NCBI GenBank assembly: GCA_963675595.2
Contig: CAXXLZ010000001.1
Span: forward strand, 832,001 to 896,000
Length of the DNA: 64,000 nt
Source of the DNA: Thermodesulfobacteriota bacterium
GTDB taxonomy: Bacteria; Desulfobacterota; Desulfarculia; JACQYL01
Direction of reading: 5' to 3'
Under the pieces are notes generated by a model. The model saw only the letters and a list, made by a program, of their open reading frames with translations. It had not been told where the DNA came from and made no database searches. A program made the translations under genes and the position numbers. Below are positions 58,795 to 64,000 of this stretch, in pieces; the first letter of the stretch is position 1, and each line of letters opens with the position of its first letter.

Positions 58795-59441
58795 GGCTTC
58801 TTCCTCCGCTTGGCGGTTCGCACCTTGTACAAGCGCTCGGTGAAGCCTCCTTCGTTTTCGAAATCCAGCGCCAAGCGTTCGACCTGCCGGTCGAGGAGAT
58901 AGCATGCAAGGTTCAGAAGCGAAAGCGCGCCGTTGGCCGCCAGACAAGCTGATGTTATGAACTGGCACGGACGTTCACCGACCAGCACGGACGAATTGTC
59001 ACCGGGCTTGTCCCTGTTCGTCAGTGCCTGTCCTTGTCTGTCCGTGTTACTTTTCCGCTCCTCTTCCACCCAAGCCGCGAAATCTTCCACTGTGTGCGGC
59101 TTCTGCTGTTTGAAGCACACCAAGGCGGGGTGGCTTGGTGCCAGTATTGCCAGTCCCCGCTGGCGCAAAAAATCCTCATAGTCGAGCTTCAGCTCTTCCA
59201 GGCTGGCGCGGGCCACCTGGGTGAGTTTCAGTTCGGTCTTTTTCGAGGTGGCCGAGGCCTGCGATCCTTCGGCGATATTCTGCACCCCACTCCGCGCCGC
59301 CTGCACCATCTGGTCCTTTGTCCGACTGAAACGGTCCACGTACCGGTCGCAGAACCGCACTGTGATGTCGTAACAAAGCTGTGCCATCTGAAAGCTCTTC
59401 AGCTTGCGGTAACCGCCATGTTTGGGGATCAGGTCGGACAT
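58791..59441 (-). CDS. Four-helix-bundle (Avd/23S-IVP-like) suffix-domain protein
   Basis: HGGYRKLKSFQ; DQMVQAARSGVQNIAEGS; ARASLEEL..DYEDFLRQR; FENEGGFTERLY. Confidence 0.88.
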   Translation of the reverse strand: MSDLIPKHGGYRKLKSFQMAQLCYDITVRFCDRYVDRFSRTKDQMVQAARSGVQNIAEGSQASATSKKTELKLTQVARASLEELKLDYEDFLRQRGLAILAPSHPALVCFKQQKPHTVEDFAAWVEEERKSNTDRQGQALTNRDKPGDNSSVLVGERPCQFITSACLAANGALSLLNLACYLLDRQVERLALDFENEGGFTERLYKVRTAKRRKKP

Positions 59442-60854
59442 GGCATCTCCCTATACCCGCGCCGTCACGGCGTTGAGCAGTTCGGTTCGCTTAGCTTTGG
59501 CGGCGTCGATCTGACGCTCCAGCGTGTCGCAAATCGCCATCAACCGGTCGATCTTGGCGACGATGCGGTGTTGTTCGGGGAGCGGGGGCAGTCCCACAAC
59601 GATTGAAAAAAGCCTGTAAGTCTCAAGGCGGCAGGTGCCGTGAGTTGAGCGCTCCACGAGACCGAGGAAATCTCTCCTCCTTCCCTTTGTCAGGATCAAT
59701 AGGAATTCTTGAATGTCCTGAAAGTATGGACATAGTGCTTTCATGTCCTGGTTAACGGTTACAACGGTCTTAGTGATCGCAGTTGGAAACGAATGCGCAA
59801 GAATCATCCCTCTTACCACCAAGAGCAACGCTTGCTCGGGAATCAGTCTAACTGAACTCCCTGATACAGCTTCTCCTGAAATATGATCTTGGCAATCGTA
59901 GATGTAATCAACCTTCATGTCCTTAGGGCTAACCCAAGGAATATGACCGTTCCAATAATGATGTTTAGATTTACTCGGAGTTCCACCGCCTAAAATATAG
60001 CCAAGATCACCGAGTCGCACCCACTTCCACCCCTTCGGCGGTTCGTAGGGCACTTCTTCCGGCTTGATGGGAGGCAGAGGCTTGGGCTTCTTGATCTTGT
60101 CTGCCTTCACCAAGCGCTGTTTTTCCGCTTCGATTGCTTTCAGCAGTTCGCCGGCGGGTGGGTCGTTGGGGTCTTGGGGGACGAGGCGGCCCATGACGGC
60201 GAGCTGGAGCACGGCCTTGCGCAGTTCGGCGACGTTCTCCTTAACCGTGTAGAGTTCGCCGAAGTGCTTCCGGATAAAATTCCAGGCCGAGCCCTCCGGC
60301 GAGTCGAGCAGTTGCTGGATGGCGGCGGCGTGGACGGCGAGCCGCTTATCCTCCCGCTCGGTTCGGAGCTTTTCGAGTCCGTCGCAACGGGTCATCAACC
60401 GGTCGATCTTGGCGACGATGCGGTGTTGTTCGGGGAGGGGAGGAAGTGGAATTTCAAATTGCTCCAGAATTTTCTTACTGAGTCCTTCGCGAGCCATACC
60501 CACTTGTCTCGTCCAGATTATTTTCTGGCAATGTGGCGACAGCAGGAAATAGTGAAGATATGTCCTGAGTTCATCATGTAGGCAACGAATAATAGTGACA
60601 TGCTGGCTGACGTTAGCTTCCTTCAAATCATCTGGCGCAATAGCTGCCCGACCAAGAGAAGCTCCAGTAATGTTGAGCAAGATGTCTCCCGAAAAAACGG
60701 CCGTTGCTCCCATCTTCTTATGAATTTGGGACGTAATGAAAGCAACATCGTCCAACTTAAGTCCATCATTCCAGACATTCTGGGAGCGTAGAAAAGGTAT
60801 TCCATCCGTAACGTATGCGCTTTTCCCACCCCGTGGAGTGCTGCCGGATCCAAT

Positions 60855-62736
60855 CTTGATGCCGTCGTAAGAACCCCCCTTTACGAACAGGGCTGTTTTT
60901 TGGAGCATTGGAAGTTCAAGCGGCCATTGCAACACTGCCAAGGTTACTGTCATCGTGACATAGGCTACAAAGACGACGGAAATTATCGTTGCTGCCTCCC
61001 TCTATCGAGTTGGAAAGGGCCTTCTTGGCCTTATCAAGGCGGCTCTGGACGAACCTCTTGATGTTGATGGCCAGGGCCTTCATGAAAACAGATAAGGTGA
61101 CCCGTTTTTTGCCTCGGGTCCACGATCGTTTCAATCCCGTGACCCGATCCGCTTCGGAGATGGTGGCCTCGATGCCGGACCGGATTTTGTAGCGTTCTTT
61201 GAAATCATGGCTTTCCTGCTGTAGTCTGCGCTTGGAGGTCGCCATGTCCTTGCGCTTGTACTTCAGTCGATAATTTCCGCCCTTGATCCGTTTTACCGGA
61301 CAGATGGGGAGAAATTCGCATAGGAGACAGTGCTCGCGGGAAAACACGGCTTCCACCGCTTTGCCGCGGTCAACGATCTTGCATTCAAGTGGCGCGTGCC
61401 CCCGGATACAGTAAACGACCTGGGTGCAGTCCTCGTTCGTTTCAAAGTCACTCAACTGCATCTTATTGAGATCCGGCGCTTTTCCGCAAGTCACCGGAGC
61501 GGTAAGCTCGACTCCGTGCTCGTGAGCTTGAAGGATGTTCTCGCCGCTGCCGTAGCCTGCGTCGGCGAACAACTCTTCGGGTTTGCGGCCCGTTTCCTCC
61601 AGGCGTTCGATAACGGGCATCACGTCTTTCTGGTCGCTGTCATAGGAAGGGGCCACGTCCACATCGGTGATCACCTGGAAGGGATTTTCCTTCACGCAGG
61701 TCTCCGTGAGGGAAGCCTTATATCCTTTGCCCTTGCGCCCATAGGTGGCGTCGGGATCCGAAGGATTCTGCAGGGAGTCCGCAGGGATTTCCTTGGGCTT
61801 CTCGAGTTCTGTTTTGTCGGGATCTCCCTCGGTGAAACGGCATTGCTCCGACAGTAGTCGGGCCATCAGCCGGTATTCTTTCATTCGGCTGATTTCCGGA
61901 TGACCTCGGAAGCGGTCCACCAGGTCGGCGAGATGGCGGGCGGACTTGTCCAGACGACGCTTGGCCCGCGATGATTTTGCATCGGCAAAATAGCCTGCGC
62001 GCTTCAAGTAGGCCTTGTCGTAAAGTCGGGGCAGTTTCTCATACAACTTGGGATGTTTCTTATGGAGCCGTTTCAAGAACGCCTCGATGGTGCGCGTAAA
62101 GAGCCCCAGACGGCTCAGATGAGCCATGTTGGAAGTGATCTGTGTGGAGTCCAACCGCTGTTTGTCCGTGCTAAGGGCCGCCGTCTCGATGATGGCGTCC
62201 GTGATTCCGGTAAAGAGGCTCCGCGCTTGCTTGTTGTCGGTAATCAAGGTCCGGAAATTGTGCAGGGTCTTCTGGCAGACGTGAGATTCAAAGGCGTTGA
62301 TGTTGAAGGCATATTGCCAACGCAGATCGAAGTCCAGAGCGCCCAAGACTTCCGCATCGGTCAGGCTGTTCATTTCCTTCAAAACACACGCTCCGACAAG
62401 GATGGCCACGGGTCTGTTGGGCCTGCCGTTGTCCTCACAGTAGAAAGGCCGGAAAGACTCCTCATCGATCATGGGAAGCACCAGGCGCCGGAACGGACCG
62501 GCCCACGTCTTCTCCAACGCCTCGATCCTGTCTGCGGGAAGGCAAATATCGTGGTCGAAAATGGTCTTTTGCGTTCTCTTAGGCCGAAACAAAACAACCC
62601 CCCTAAGGACCATATTATTAATCAAGTCAGATACTTATCATACAGGACCCAAAAGAAAGGTCAACCCATAAATGCCATTTTTATTCATATTTTCAACTAG
62701 ATACCTTTACGGAGAGGTTTTTACGAACTCATCAAG
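60855..62736 (-). mobile_element. IS1182/IS5-like element
   Basis: IRs CTTGATGCCGTCGTAAGAACC and GGTTTTTACGAACTCATCAAG. The boundary can slide by 3-4 nt because CTTG occurs at both 60855 and 62737. Confidence 0.88.
60916..62625 (-). CDS. DDE transposase (IS1182-like)
   Basis: YCEDNGRPN; QRLDST; QNPSDPDAT; ADAGY; CxxC..CP zinc ribbon; YKIRSGIEATIS. Confidence 0.88.
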   Translation of the reverse strand: MINNMVLRGVVLFRPKRTQKTIFDHDICLPADRIEALEKTWAGPFRRLVLPMIDEESFRPFYCEDNGRPNRPVAILVGACVLKEMNSLTDAEVLGALDFDLRWQYAFNINAFESHVCQKTLHNFRTLITDNKQARSLFTGITDAIIETAALSTDKQRLDSTQITSNMAHLSRLGLFTRTIEAFLKRLHKKHPKLYEKLPRLYDKAYLKRAGYFADAKSSRAKRRLDKSARHLADLVDRFRGHPEISRMKEYRLMARLLSEQCRFTEGDPDKTELEKPKEIPADSLQNPSDPDATYGRKGKGYKASLTETCVKENPFQVITDVDVAPSYDSDQKDVMPVIERLEETGRKPEELFADAGYGSGENILQAHEHGVELTAPVTCGKAPDLNKMQLSDFETNEDCTQVVYCIRGHAPLECKIVDRGKAVEAVFSREHCLLCEFLPICPVKRIKGGNYRLKYKRKDMATSKRRLQQESHDFKERYKIRSGIEATISEADRVTGLKRSWTRGKKRVTLSVFMKALAINIKRFVQSRLDKAKKALSNSIEGGSNDNFRRLCSLCHDDSNLGSVAMAA

Positions 62737-63038
62737 CTTGGATACAAGTCTTTCCAACCTCACCCATTCCCACCCCTTCGGCAGTTCGTAGGGCAATTCT
62801 TCCGGCTTGATGGGCGGCAGAGGCTTGGGCTTCTTGATCTTACCGGCCTTCACCAACCGCTGTTTTTCGGCTTCAATCTTTTTCAGCAGTTCCGATGCAG
62901 GCGGGTCATTCGGGTCCTGGGGAACCAGCCTGCCTTGCATGGCCAGGGTCAGAATCAGCTCGCGCAGCTTCTTGACGCCTTCCGGTGCGGCAAAAGCGGT
63001 GTCGAAGTGCGTTATCAGCAGGTTGCGGGCGGCTTCGG

Positions 63039-64000
63039 TCATGGCTCGCCCCCCTTCTTGCGCGACGCCTCGATCTTCTTCAGTTCGGCCTCGGCCTCGA
63101 CAAAGTGTTTCTCCACCTCGGTCGGCTCTTCCAGTTGCCCGGGATGGAATTTTTCAAATTCCTCGTGGGCCTTGCGCAGGGCCTTGTCGTGGCTGATCCT
63201 TCCTGCATGGGTGAGGATGTCGCGGCCGGAAAGCTTGAGAAAATCGTCGAGCTTGCCGATCCAGTCACGCATGGTCATGGCCTTGCGCTGGATGGCCTGC
63301 AGCTCGGCAAAGTCCAGGTAGAGGGTGACGATGCGGTTGAGCAGGTCCAGCTCCTCGGCGGTCAGATAGTTCTTGGCGATCTCGGCTTCGCCTTTGCTGA
63401 TGCGCGACCCCACCCAGTTGGTCATGCCCATGTTGGGTTGCGTGGCATCGACCCGGCTGTAGATCACCTCGGCGGCGGTCTGTCCGTGCGCAGCCCAGTG
63501 CATCTTGTTCTGGATGATCTTGAAAAACTCACGGGAGACCTCGGATTTCGGGTCGTAATCGATACTGGTGGCGTAGATGTCCAGCACCTTGCGCCAGAAG
63601 ACCTTTTCCGAGGAGCGGATATCCCGAATGCGGGCCAGCAGCTCATCGAAGTAGCTGCCGCCCCCCGCCTTCTTGAGGCGCTCATCGTCCATGGCGAAAC
63701 CCTTGACGATGTACTCCCGGATCCGTTCGGTGGCCCAGATACGGAACCGGGTGCCTCGAAAGCTGTTGACCCGGTAACCGACCGAGATGATGGCGTCCAG
63801 GTTGAAGTATTCGACTTGGTAGGTCTTGCCGTCGGCGGCAGTTGTTGCATGTTTTGCAACAACTGCATCGCGCGCCAATTCGCCGCTTGCGAAAATGTTC
63901 TTCAAGTGCCGGCTGATGCCGGACTTGTCCACGCCGAACAGCTCCGCCATCTGGTTGAGGCTTAGCCGGACGGTCTCGTTCTGCAGCCGGGTTTCGAGCC
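63039..64000 (-). CDS. RhuM-family protein (5' end beyond the window)
   Basis: AADGKTYQVEYFNLDAIISVGYRVNS..TRFRIWAT; YFDELLARIRDIRSSEK; QNKMHWA. The frame is open to the window edge. Confidence 0.92.
   Translation of the reverse strand, partial: LETRLQNETVRLSLNQMAELFGVDKSGISRHLKNIFASGELARDAVVAKHATTAADGKTYQVEYFNLDAIISVGYRVNSFRGTRFRIWATERIREYIVKGFAMDDERLKKAGGGSYFDELLARIRDIRSSEKVFWRKVLDIYATSIDYDPKSEVSREFFKIIQNKMHWAAHGQTAAEVIYSRVDATQPNMGMTNWVGSRISKGEAEIAKNYLTAEELDLLNRIVTLYLDFAELQAIQRKAMTMRDWIGKLDDFLKLSGRDILTHAGRISHDKALRKAHEEFEKFHPGQLEEPTEVEKHFVEAEAELKKIEASRKKGGEP

Larger units (their letters stand above)
59451..63042 (-). pseudogene. hsdS: Type I restriction-modification specificity subunit split by an IS
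   Basis: Two conserved repeats (LVPQDPND...P.GW.WVRL; PLPPLPEQHRIVAKID) and two TRDs. Removing 60855-62736 gives ...RLVSK-IGSGSTPRGG... in frame (569 aa). Confidence 0.93.

Noticed and set aside
44380-59441. Diversity-generating retroelement (C-terminal FGE/CLec domain plus an Avd-like gene)
   Set aside because: No reverse transcriptase and no second (template) copy of the FGE 3' end were seen in the window. A remote DGR cannot be excluded.

Overview
Bacterial chromosomal window. The gene repertoire suggests an anaerobe, possibly Desulfobacterota; this is inference only. About a quarter of the window is insertion sequence: four IS3/IS407-group copies plus a duplicated end, one IS21, two nested IS1634, an ISNCY-like element, an IS1380 and an IS1182-like element, most with terminal repeats and target-site duplications readable in the sequence. 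Between them lie five blocks. (1) An AT-rich Wzx/Wzy surface-polysaccharide cluster (4-12 kb) whose flippase is frameshifted at a 10-nt homopolymer. (2) Secreted or surface proteins (18-22 kb, 40-42 kb), two of which share an unrecognised tandem domain. (3) A housekeeping/signalling block (27-44 kb): Wzz, HD-GYP, PgpA, CDF, Ca/Na antiporter, MBL hydrolase, glutaredoxin plus FTR, an IS-split chemoreceptor and an EAL protein. (4) A three-gene operon of apparently exported TPR-OmpA, TPR-CHAT and caspase-FGE proteins (44-50 kb), the best candidate here for an undescribed system. (5) A defence island (50.8-64 kb): a Shango-like TerB/ATPase/helicase trio, a DUF429-like nuclease, Fic, an Avd-like four-helix-bundle protein, an IS-split type I HsdS and RhuM. 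Three accessory genes of this island carry DNA palindromes or repeat arrays inside their coding sequence. No rRNA, tRNA or CRISPR array was seen. All family assignments come from motif recognition by eye, not database searches.
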